This document shows, in pieces, positions 49,901-64,000 of a stretch of 64,000 bases of DNA. Source of the DNA: Bugula neritina (Eukaryota; Animalia; Bryozoa); contig OZ037770.1 in assembly GCA_964035545.1 (NCBI GenBank), forward strand, positions 2,170,001 through 2,234,000, written 5' to 3'. A program made the translations under genes and the position numbers. The notes under the pieces are model-generated. The model made no database searches. It worked only from the letters and a program-made list of their open reading frames with translations, and was not told where the DNA came from. Position 1 is the stretch's first letter; the number at the start of each line of letters is the position of its first letter.

Positions 49901-52900
49901 TACATATACAGGTTGCTTGTTTGACACAAATTCCCATGAGACCAATAGCTAGCATCCATCACATTGCGCTGTAACACTATTATATGTTATATAAATATCG
50001 AATATGTCTAGTTAATACTCAGTATGTAATATAAAGTTATTATTGACGGACAGTTGGAAACTAAACCCTGGTGTAATGATTAGTATAATTGGAGTTGCCA
50101 TGGTAACTTGTCATTACAAGAAACCTGCATTTGTTAAACATCAATCTTTCACTCAAAGGCGTATAATATGCATCTTTATATGCTTATATGTCTTTATATG
50201 CTTATATGTTCGCTCTGCTTGCTTACTTCTCTTTCCTAGCTATACTTCTGTTTCTTGTAATACTAACTTTAAAACCCTACACTTACTATTGCTTTATTCT
50301 TTATCTACTAACACGTTTAACACAAAATTTTAATTAATTTCAAGTATTAGTTTTTTATCAGCTAAATTAAAAATCATGTCGGCTTGTTTACCTTGTTGCT
50401 TGGTAACCAGATGCTGTAGTCCTGCACAAATTCCCTGAAAGACAAGTATTTTTCGGTTTAAGGATTTGTCCTATCAATTTAAACATCTAAATAATGCGAC
50501 TATCACCCAATAAAATGCTAAATTTTCCAAAATTTATTCAAATTTCCTTACGTTTGTTTGAAATTTCTCTTTCACTCAACAGATATACTGAAGATGGCCA
50601 CTGCAAAGGGGAATTGTCATCCCGAAATATCCGTCCAATCAGATTACAGTGGGATATTCCCAGCGAGTGTGTAGACGTCATTGATTCTAGCCTCAGGACT
50701 GCCCAAGCTATCGCCAACGATGTCGACCTCTTTATTCAGGTTGGTGGAGCTCAGACTATCTACTACTTCATTTGTATTTGTTAGAACTCAGTCTTTCAAC
50801 TTATCCTATGCGAGCTCAGTTATGTAACACAGTTGGTTATAGTTTACTTGTTTGTATATTTACAGTCATCTTCATTTTAATCATTCATATTTTACTTTTT
50901 TGCCAATTGTTTACCTTTTATTGTTTCTTTCTTTTTATTTTATTTGACTTACTGTTTGATTGCTTTTTCTGCAGGTCCACAATCACTTTGGTAAAGGAAT
51001 CATCAAGAAATGTAAGATTAGTCCAGATGCGTTCATTCAGCTGGCTCTTCAGCTGGCCTATTACAGAGTAAGTTATATTACAGAGTAAGTTATACTACAG
51101 AGTAAGTTATACTACAGAGTAAGTTATATTACAGAGTAAGTTATACTACAGAGTAAGTTATACTACAGAGTAAGTTATAATACAGGGTAAGTTATATTAC
51201 AGAGTAAGTTATACTACAGAGTAAGTTATATTACAGAGTAAGTTATACTACAGAGTAAGTTTTACTACAGAGTAAGTTATACTACAGAGTAAGTTATACT
51301 ACAGAGTAAGTTATACTACAGAGTAAGTTATATTACAGAGTAAGTTATACTACCGAGTAAGTTATACTACAGAGTAAGTTATACTACAGAGTAAGTTATA
51401 TTACAGAGTAAGTTATACTACAGAGTAAGTTATAATACAGAGTAAGTTATACTACAGAGTAAGTTATACTACAGAGTAAGTTATACTACAAAGCATTTCT
51501 TTTTCTTTAAACTCCCCTTCACAAACCACACCCACTTGTTTTCACAAACTCCGCCCCTTGTTTCTGTAGGATGCCGGAAAGTTCTGCCTGACGTATGAGG
51601 CTTCCATGACTAGACTGTTCAGAGAGGGACGTACAGAGACGGTCAGGTCCTGCACAGTGGAGTCCAGCGCCTTCGCTAAGGCAGTGTGCGAGGGAGAAAA
51701 GTCTGACGAGGAGCTCAAGAAGCTGCTACTCAAGGCTTGCGAGGTTCACCAGACAGGATACAGGGACGCCATGACTGGCAAGGGTAGGTGTGGCCTGTTC
51801 CAGGAGTAGGCGGGGCTTGATAAATAAGTGAAGTTAGATGCTATCTGCTGCAGTAAGGCTTACAGCTAGATTGGTTTGAATACACAATGGGTGCGGCCTA
51901 ATACTAAGATAGGTGTGGCCTGATGTACTAAAGTGAGTGTGACCTAATTTCAAAGAGAGGGTGGTCTATTTTGTGCACCTTCTTCAGTAAAGATTTCAAC
52001 CTCAACTTATACATACATATTTTTGATATTTTATATAAGTAATATTTACATTTCATTCTAAATATTCAATTGTATCGACCTGTATTTACTTGTAAGTTAG
52101 TTCTTCGTTTGGTTTTTTTACTTACAGGTACCTTTAGGTACATGCCTACTTACATATACATGTAAATATTTACTTTTTGTCACACGCATGTGTAGATACT
52201 TGTGTATTTCACAGGCATAGACCGTCACATGTTCTGTCTGTACGTCGTCTCCAAGTACTTGGGAGTCGAGTCCCCCTTCCTCAGTGAAGTTCTGAGTGAA
52301 CCGTGGAGACTGAGCACCAGTCAGGTAGCCTCAAATCTCTAGATTAAGATTTCTAATTATATTAATTGATAAAAATGAATAAAATGGAAACACTTTTGTT
52401 TACTACTTTATTGTAACAGAGGTTTACCGAGATTTTACAAAAGATAGCAATTATTTGTAATTTAACAGTATTCCTCAGTTTAAATATATTCTTATGGGCT
52501 GGTAGCTTCATTAAAAATAAATAAACAAAAAGCATGTTTTTCTTTTACTCTATTTATCTTCATAAACAAAGTAAACTTACAGTTAGGCTACCACCGTATC
52601 CATCCTCAGAGTTACTTGAATAAAATTTTAAAGCTAAAACATGAAACTGTTTGCATGACAGAAGGTAAAAGAGTGGAGGGTATCTTATTACAGTTGAATA
52701 ACAAAACAACATTTCCTATATTTTTTTAGGTAAATAAAGTAATAAACAAATTTTGTTCCTGTTCGCTTATTTTTAATGAAATTTTTAGTCTGTAATGATA
52801 TGTTGAAAATAGTTAGGTTTTTTCTAACAATATGTATATTAGTTTCACACTGTGTTTCCTAGCATGCATTATGTAAATAGATTTTTCATTGATGTTTGGA

Positions 52901-53779
52901 ACCAGTTACATCAGTGAAACCACAACAGTAAATTCATGCAAACCGAAACCACAAATTCATCTATATGAGCATCCACTAACATAATGTGAAGTAATGGACA
53001 GCAGTTTTAGACAATATATATTCACACAACCTAATTGTATTTCTCTCACTTTCCACTCTGCTTGCAGACTCCCCACTCACAGATGAACAAAATCAACTTA
53101 ACCAAGTACCCTAACCACGTGTGTACTGGGGGTGGGTTCGGACCCGTCTCCAACGACGGATATGGAGTTTCGTATATTATCGCCGGAGAAGATATGATAT
53201 TCTTCCACATTTCCTCTAAGAGATCGTGTGCAGCCACTGTGAGTATTTGTCCTAGGCCTTCTATAGTCTATAATTATGTCTCTTTTCTTCGACCTTGACC
53301 CACATAGTATCTAATTGCTCTCGGCATGCATTAAATGTTAGCCCGAATGTCTTAATCTCCTAATTAAATGTTAAAGTTATGTGGCTATGAATATTCATTG
53401 GCTCTGTAGCTGGTAGCTCATCTCTCTGTGTTGTTGCAGCCTTCAGAGTAGCACTTAGTATACTCTGCTTGACTTTAACCATCAGCAATGTATTCTCTGA
53501 TCCTTCTGGAATATTCTAGAGATACTCCTCCATCTCTCGCTAAGCCGCAGGTCCTGAAACTAGATATAACTCACGGATCCGTTGTGTTTGTTCAGTTTGC
53601 CCATATAAGCCATAAAACGGGGGGGGGGGGATCAAAGCCTTTCTCGTGAATTCTTGTCAGAGCGCTGTACAGAGACTCAAATCTCACAATTGCTTGTCTT
53701 TCTGTTGCAGGACTCTAAAGGATTCGCCAAGAAGATTGTAGCAGCCATGGCTGATTTGAGGAAGATATGCGGACAGTAA
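38818..53779 (+). CDS. CPT1: Carnitine O-palmitoyltransferase 1 (763 aa per isoform)
   Basis: Exons 38818-38958, 39502-39641, 41905-42172, 45260-45475, 45970-46077, 46725-46809, 47227-47341, 47427-47631, 48007-48140, one of (48591-48656, 49014-49079, 49459-49524), 50583-50739, 50975-51067, 51570-51783, 52215-52324, 53068-53238, 53711-53779; all GT-AG, phases match, total 2292 nt. Motifs: [11 protein letters not shown]-terminus, [26 protein letters not shown], catalytic [41 protein letters not shown]. Confidence 0.97.
40517..40731. repeat. 19-bp minisatellite (CACAGTCTGTCTGTGTGTC), about 11 copies
   Basis: Direct reading; intronic. Confidence 0.92.
42205..42390. repeat. (TTAC)n imperfect microsatellite
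   Basis: Starts about 30 nt after the donor at 42173. Confidence 0.85.
46122..46566. mobile_element. MITE with 17-bp TIRs (possibly Kolobok-like)
   Basis: AAGTTGCGTTTATACCT at 46122-46138 and its exact reverse complement at 46550-46566; TTAA-like left flank. Confidence 0.65.
46810..47183. repeat. Compound (AGT)n(AGC)n(AGCCGC)n microsatellite filling a CPT1 intron
   Basis: Begins at the donor GTGAGT (46810) and occupies about 90% of intron 46810-47226. Confidence 0.95.
48591..48656 (+). CDS. CPT1: CPT1 alternative exon A: (W)[22 protein letters not shown]
   Basis: gtgcag| 66 nt |gtgaga, phase 2-2. Confidence 0.9.
49014..49079 (+). CDS. CPT1: CPT1 alternative exon B: (W)[22 protein letters not shown]
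   Basis: taacag| 66 nt |gtatta, phase 2-2. Confidence 0.88.
49459..49524 (+). CDS. CPT1: CPT1 alternative exon C: (C)[22 protein letters not shown]
   Basis: ctccag| 66 nt |gtaacc, phase 2-2. Confidence 0.88.
51059..51490 (+). repeat. 17-bp minisatellite (TAYTACAGA|GTAAGTTA), about 25 copies: amplified CPT1 exon-intron junction
   Basis: First copy is the last 9 nt of exon 50975-51067 plus the first 8 intron nt. Confidence 0.96.
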
Positions 53780-55019
53780 TCTACTTCCTGTCCTGACATA
53801 TGTGACACTTAGAGAGATTCTGTCCAATTATCTGATGTTTACGTAGACTGTGGTCACACCACCCTCAATACTCTGTAGCCAGTGATGACCCAGGCTATCC
53901 TTTACCTCATACCAATGCCTTGCCATTCACTTTATTCCAAATTATTAGTTAAATCAAATATAGTACTATATATTATTTTACCTTATTTCAGTTCTACACT
54001 AGTAATTGTAGCCGTGTTTGTCTTACTTAAGGCTATCAATGTTTGGGGGTGAGAAATGTGTCCCGTATTTAGGATTAAATAGGTTGGTCTGCGGCTCAGC
54101 ATATTATTTTCTATTAGTAAGATTTGCGGTGTGCACTTTGCGTGGAGTTGCAACAGACAAAATGCAGTTTTTATATTTTTTGCTTGAATTCCACTGTATT
54201 ATTAGCCATGCATGTTATATTAGCTTAATTATATGGATTTGATTTTTGATCTCTATTGTTTTATTCATTTACCTTAGTGCAAATTTATTTCTTGAAAATA
54301 AAATACTTAGAAAATAAACAAATACATTAGTAGTTATCTTTAAAAACATTTTGATAATCACAAGGGAGAAAGTTAGCTAACTATTTGTATAGTCAGTTTG
54401 TCACATTTAGCCATATAGGTGGCAGATGTTCTCTTCACTAAACTGCATTAATATTGTAACAAATAGCATGTTTGTTTGAGCTATGACTTTAGTTTACAAT
54501 ACTAATATTACAAATTGTTCTAATCATAAATGTTATGCCAACGTACATCAGTATTCAAAGTTGCCTCTAAATTTGGCCTGTTAGATCAATGTTGAACCTT
54601 AACAAGAGGAAATGTTTAACTAAATTTGATGTGTATGCAATTTTAGTTAGTTCGATGTTTACCACTTGGTATTATTGAAATCATGCATTTGCTAATAGTT
54701 TTGCTTACAATCAGTTGTAAAAATAAAAAGCAGCCTAGAAATTATATCTAACTGTACATGTAACTTATTTCTCCATCATCTCATTTTAATTTCTTTTATC
54801 AATTTCATCTCTTTCAGTCCATTGTTGGACAACATGGCAACTGTTACAGTTACTCAGCATGTTGGTAATAGCTCATTAAAGAAGAAAGAAAAGTCACTTA
54901 TGTAGGCACAAACTGAATTTAGACATTATTAATTGAAAATATTTGTGACTAAAACTTAAATTATAACTTATAATATTACTATAAACAGTTAACTATATAC
55001 ACTTTGTCTATTGGGACTC

Positions 55020-59093
<4,074 letters not shown>

Positions 59094-59983
59094 GGCAGTT
59101 GGCTAGTTGGTAATCCAGTTAAAATTAAAAGGTTCTATTGAGTTGAAACTTAATAATGGACCAGGGAATTGTTGCACTAATTTCAAAATTTCTTACTATA
59201 AAGTGCTCGTGCACTAAGAAAAATTTAAAGTTTAGATTTTAATTGGGTTAGCATAAATTAAGCTTTGTGCTAAAGTAATGCAGTAAATTGTTTAGAAAGC
59301 CAACAGTTCACTACGTGTATGTAAATTACAATATGAGGAATTATGGCTTAGTTTTTCCAAATTCGATATTATGTTGAGGTTAGCTGCTGTAAAGCATAAA
59401 CTGTTTTACTAATCAACTGTATAAGAACTGAACTATTTTAGCTTTTGTAATCTAAGTTTTTAAAATTTTGCAGCTTTTTTCTCTCTCTAATACAATTTTT
59501 CTCAAAAGTATAAAATTTTGTTTCGTGTCTCGTAAAAGGAAATATAAAAGAATCTTCTATTTATATTAAAAGAAGTTTGTTACGAAAATCCTCATCAACT
59601 TATAATAAGCTCAAAAAATAAATATGCGCAAACAAATTTAAAAGGCATTTATAAAGCAACACATTGGGCTTGTAGTTGGAAAACAAATTTCAACTGCATG
59701 CGAATGGCTTATAAAGCTTTAGCAAAAAGCTTCCAATGAAATATGTAGCATTAATATTTTAATCTTATTACATACTTTATTAAAAGCAACTGGGAATTGC
59801 CTTAGAAAAACTACCTTTATATTAACAGCTTCAGAACAATTGTGGTGTGTATCAAAAAATAATCTGCTTAAAAATATATTTAAAATATTAGTATATAGCA
59901 ATTATGGTTTTTGTGGTCTATCAATATTTTCACTTTAGATAAATTGTCTGTAGACACTTTTAACACCAAGCACTTGCTACAAC

Positions 59984-60135
59984 TACCTGACTATAGCAAG
60001 TCACCAACTATTTGACTATAACATGTCACCAACGACCTAACTAACATGTCACCAACCACCTAACTAGCATGTCACCAATACATGATTAGCATGTCACCAA
60101 TACCTGACTAACATGTCACCAACCACCTGACTATA
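59984..60135. repeat. About 21-bp degenerate minisatellite (CATGTCACCAACCACCTGACTA)
   Basis: About 7 imperfect copies. Confidence 0.8.
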
Positions 60136-61662
60136 ATATAGCATATCATATTGGTGATATGTCACTATTCCATTTTAATGCAAGACTTTGATATATACTA
60201 CAAAAAGCTAGAAGTAAATAATTTCTGGAAGGTAGTTCAATTTATTTAGTGATTTGGAGTATAGCTTTACTTTATATTTATAATATTTAAAAAACTCTCT
60301 TAATTTACCAACACCCAAAAACGCAGAAAATATAGCTTTATTATTATTAATATTATATTTACATATTTAAGATATATTAGTAATAAATTCTCCCGTGATA
60401 TAGTTTGAATAATATAATAAATTCTGATGAATGAAGTCAAAGTTAAAAATTAACATATAATATCTTCAAGAGGAATTCTTAAAAGTTTTGTTTTATTATT
60501 CTATAAAGCTATTGTGATATTATACTAATATTAATGCTTACTTTTAAAGTTATTAAGCGTTGTATGACCAGATAAAATAGTTATCTGTCCTTTTAGTATT
60601 TCACTTTATTTTCAACTTGTTTAAATTTTGTTTGAGAGAAGTATAACAACCGAAAAGCTCAAAATATTTATCAAACTTTTTTTTTAAAGAAAGCCTGTTT
60701 TTTCACTATTAAAAACGTATTTAATAACTGATTTCACTTTAAATCAATGACAAGAAACTTTTCTTATATAAAATTTGAATATCAAGTGGAAAACATGAAA
60801 GAGTTTTTTAAATGCAACCTGAAATTTAACCAGAATCAATAACAGAGTTTAAATTATTGAAGAACGTCTTCTTTTACAATAAAAACAAATGCAATTGTCG
60901 TATAACTGATAAAATAGATTTCTTACTTACCCTCTACTTTTCGCAAGTCTTTAAGAATGTATCAGCAAGCTGCCACCCAGTTGTGAATTCCTCACAAGAA
61001 TAACCCACTGCAAAGAATTCCAAAGGTAAGCTCTACAGACTGTAGACAAACAAAGAAAATGAGCTTATTTGTATCTTTAGAAACTAGTTTAATTATGTTT
61101 TGAAAGTGGGTAATGAATTCGAATACTTTTACATAATATACGCAAATATTGGTTTTAGCACGCCAGTTACACGTCTTGTTTGATGTTGGGATAACGTTTT
61201 CTCTGGTAGAGCCATTCCTTTCTTGTTAGTTATCAATTCCATCTGTGCAACTCTATTCATACTTGGGTGCAGACAGTAGTTGTGATATATTTTGCTTCTT
61301 CCACCTGGTGAATAATGTATTTAATTAAGTTCACCCTTTGTACTTGTATAAGTTAGTTTAGACAACAGTAGAAAACACTTTAATTTAATAGTATACCATA
61401 TAATAATAAAATGTATGATAAAATGTAGAATAAAATATAATGTGCTATTCAATAAATTGTAACACCCTATAATAATATAATTTAGTATATAATTATAACA
61501 TAATTTCATAATATATAAAGCATGATATAAAATAATATATTTTACAATTATATAGTGAAATATAACGTGGTGTCAGTCCAAATAGCCGACTTCCAATATA
61601 TTCAACTTAGATGACCAAAAAACTAACTACTCCCATTTAGATAAATTTATTTGAAAAACTAT

Positions 61663-62202
61663 GATGTCATCCCAAATAGACGCTTCTTGGTTAAAAGCTA
61701 GGCTAAATTTCCCACTTAGACACTTCCCAGTTAGACGATATTTATTTATATTGGTACAATGTATATTTTATGTACACATTATTTTTAAATATTATTTAAA
61801 TATAATATGTATATTTAAATAAAGCACGTATTGAGCATATAAATATTTGTTTTAGATTTGCAATAACATAATAATTTTACATATTTTTTTCGTTATGCTT
61901 GAACAGATATTTTGTTAATGAAAGTATTAAAGATAATGTTTATTAATAATGTATATTACTGTTTTTTGTCCCATACAAATCTATGAAAATTAAAATATTA
62001 TTCCAGATAATTCATGTTAGCTATTTTAACTATTAGCATTTTAGCTATTTAGCAATCAATGCAACAGTTATATAGATATATATAGGTGTATTGCTATATA
62101 ATTATATGGCACCAAAATAAAAAATAGTGCTTAACTGGGAAGCGGCTAAGTGGGAAGTTTAGCCTAACGTCTGCCAGGGAAGCATCTATCTGGGATGAAA
62201 CC
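61663..62202. mobile_element. MITE with about 75-bp TIRs
   Basis: TCATCCCAAATAGACGCTTC..TAGGCTAAATTTCCCACTTAG..CTTCCCAGTTA is matched in reverse at about 62128-62202; AT-rich interior. Confidence 0.75.
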
Positions 62203-63811
62203 AAAAAGCATTAGGAATTAAAAATAATAATAATATTTAATGAAAGTGTCTAGTTGAAGCCATGCATCATAGGTAAAGCCATATGCATAACATGACTCAT
62301 TGAAACCATTGCTCTAACATGTTACTGAAGCCATTATCCATAAGATGCCTGATTTTTTAGGATAATATAATATAATATAGTTCTTAAAACTATTTTTTTA
62401 CATTCTATTGATTCAATTTTAAATGTTAATATATTCAATTATATTTTACTATTTTATGCACATATATTTGATAGAAATATTTGGTTCGTCTAACTGAAAG
62501 TGGTCTATTTGAAACGAGACCCATAATATATCTTGCTCCACTACCATACAAAGTAATACAGCATAAAACTTTTTAGAATATAATATGATTAAGTATAATA
62601 ACTTCAATTTTTTTTCCAAAGTGCAATAAAACATAACACAGTATATAGTTTAACGTAGCATAATATAATTCAACAAATTGCAAAAGATATATTATACAGT
62701 TTAACGTAATATATAAAAAAACAATATAATTCTAAATAAAATAACATAGCCTAATATAAAATTTTTATAATGCATAATACTGAAATAAAAAATGTCACAT
62801 AATAATATAAAAGCATTTTATTTCATAATAATATAATATGCAGCATTATCGTTATCAGAGATTATTATTTTATAATTTATACAATATATTAGTATTTTAT
62901 TTCACATAAGAATACAGGTATAATAGTACATATATATGCACAAATTTAAAAAATTTATTTTAGAAGTTTTCTAATTGGAAGTTCCTACAACTATTATACA
63001 TTCAGCATAGATCAAACTTGACCACTAGCTGATTATTATAATGCAGTTGGCATAAAATCTATATCAATATAGTAGAAAAAGGAAAGCAAGTTGGAGTCAA
63101 GTTTTTTATTATAATTATATGACCGTTTGCAGCAAAAATCAACATTTTTTGCCTTTCTCTATAACAGTTTTTTTCCTCCTTATATTTATAGGTGATGGGT
63201 CAAAATATTCTTCCTTAACGTGTTAGAATCCTTCAAGACTGAGCTCAGCTAAAGTACTTAGAAGCTACTAGATGTTGTAATATACAGGTCATGTAATATG
63301 TTTGCTTAAAAGCTTAAAGCTGATGTAAGATTATTGTTGTTATATACTTGATAAATTATGGCTTTGTTTATAGTTTGGTATTGTAATTTGTGTTAGGGAA
63401 TTTTTGGTAAATGCTGTAAACAAGGTTTCACTCAAAAAGTTTAGCGAAATAGAAATATTAGCAGACATAGCTTACTTTGTCTATAATAGCTTAAGTTCTA
63501 GTTGCACCTGTAGATTGAGGAAATAAAATGAATACCCCCCAAACAAAGAATTCACAAAGCATTTTCTCTTTGCTAATCAAACCTCCAATACCAAAGTGCA
63601 GTTCCATCAATAGCTAATATGTTGTAGTAGCAATTTGAAGCATATATATGAGAAATTATCTATAAACTACTAAATTTAGGGCAGCCATGGTTTAAATGAA
63701 AACAGAAATGCCTGTCTCTGTTCTTCTAGCATAATAAATAAAAGAGCTGCAGGTAATTGTATTATTTGTAAGTTTAGATATCAGTTGCAATATAAAATCA
63801 TATATTACCTG

Positions 63812-63895
63812 TAAAAACCTCTGCTCTCTACTTGGATTCGAACCACAGACCTTCGGCTTGTAAGCAGGCGCCCTAACCACAGGGTCTGCTGAGTT
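63812..63895 (-). mobile_element. tRNA-derived SINE head (best-preserved copy)
   Basis: TGGTTAGGGCG A-box-like, CTTACAA anticodon-loop-like (Val TAC), perfect B-box GGTTCGAATCC; acceptor stem does not close. Confidence 0.6.
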
Positions 63896-64000
63896 AACTC
63901 GACACATTACTTCCATTTTTATTGTTTGAAATATTTTGCTGTATTTTGCAATAAACAAAATTTATTCAAAAATTCAACACTTGTATAAAGAAGTAAGCTA

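Noticed and set aside
63812-63895. Functional tRNA-Val gene
   Set aside because: Acceptor and T stems do not pair; related decayed copies indicate a SINE

Overview
AT-rich, intron-containing genomic DNA from an invertebrate animal (taxon not determinable here). I could assemble five spliced genes by hand: a divergent atlastin/GBP-family GTPase (minus, runs off the left edge), an orphan two-exon ORF (minus), RAB3IP/Rabin8 (Sec2-type Rab GEF, minus), a complete CPT1 (plus, 763 aa) and a divergent Brachyury-like T-box gene (minus). GTPase intron 1 carries a decayed, structurally complete Ty3/Gypsy element and a TA-flanked non-autonomous DNA transposon. Main points: (1) CPT1 has three tandem 66-nt paralogous exons that rewrite the segment straight after the catalytic His, with competing RNA pairings and a CCAAT cluster in the adjoining introns. 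(2) In CPT1 and RAB3IP, minisatellites start exactly at a 5' splice site and multiply the GTAAGT donor about 25 and 67 times. (3) The Gypsy element carries an extra, apparently spliced, zinc-finger/coiled-coil ORF after pol, split by a nested solo LTR, plus a -1 frameshift cassette. (4) A 280-bp foldback between (TA)n tracts carries two Penelope-type minimal hammerhead ribozymes. All gene models and structures were read by eye; no database search or folding program was run.
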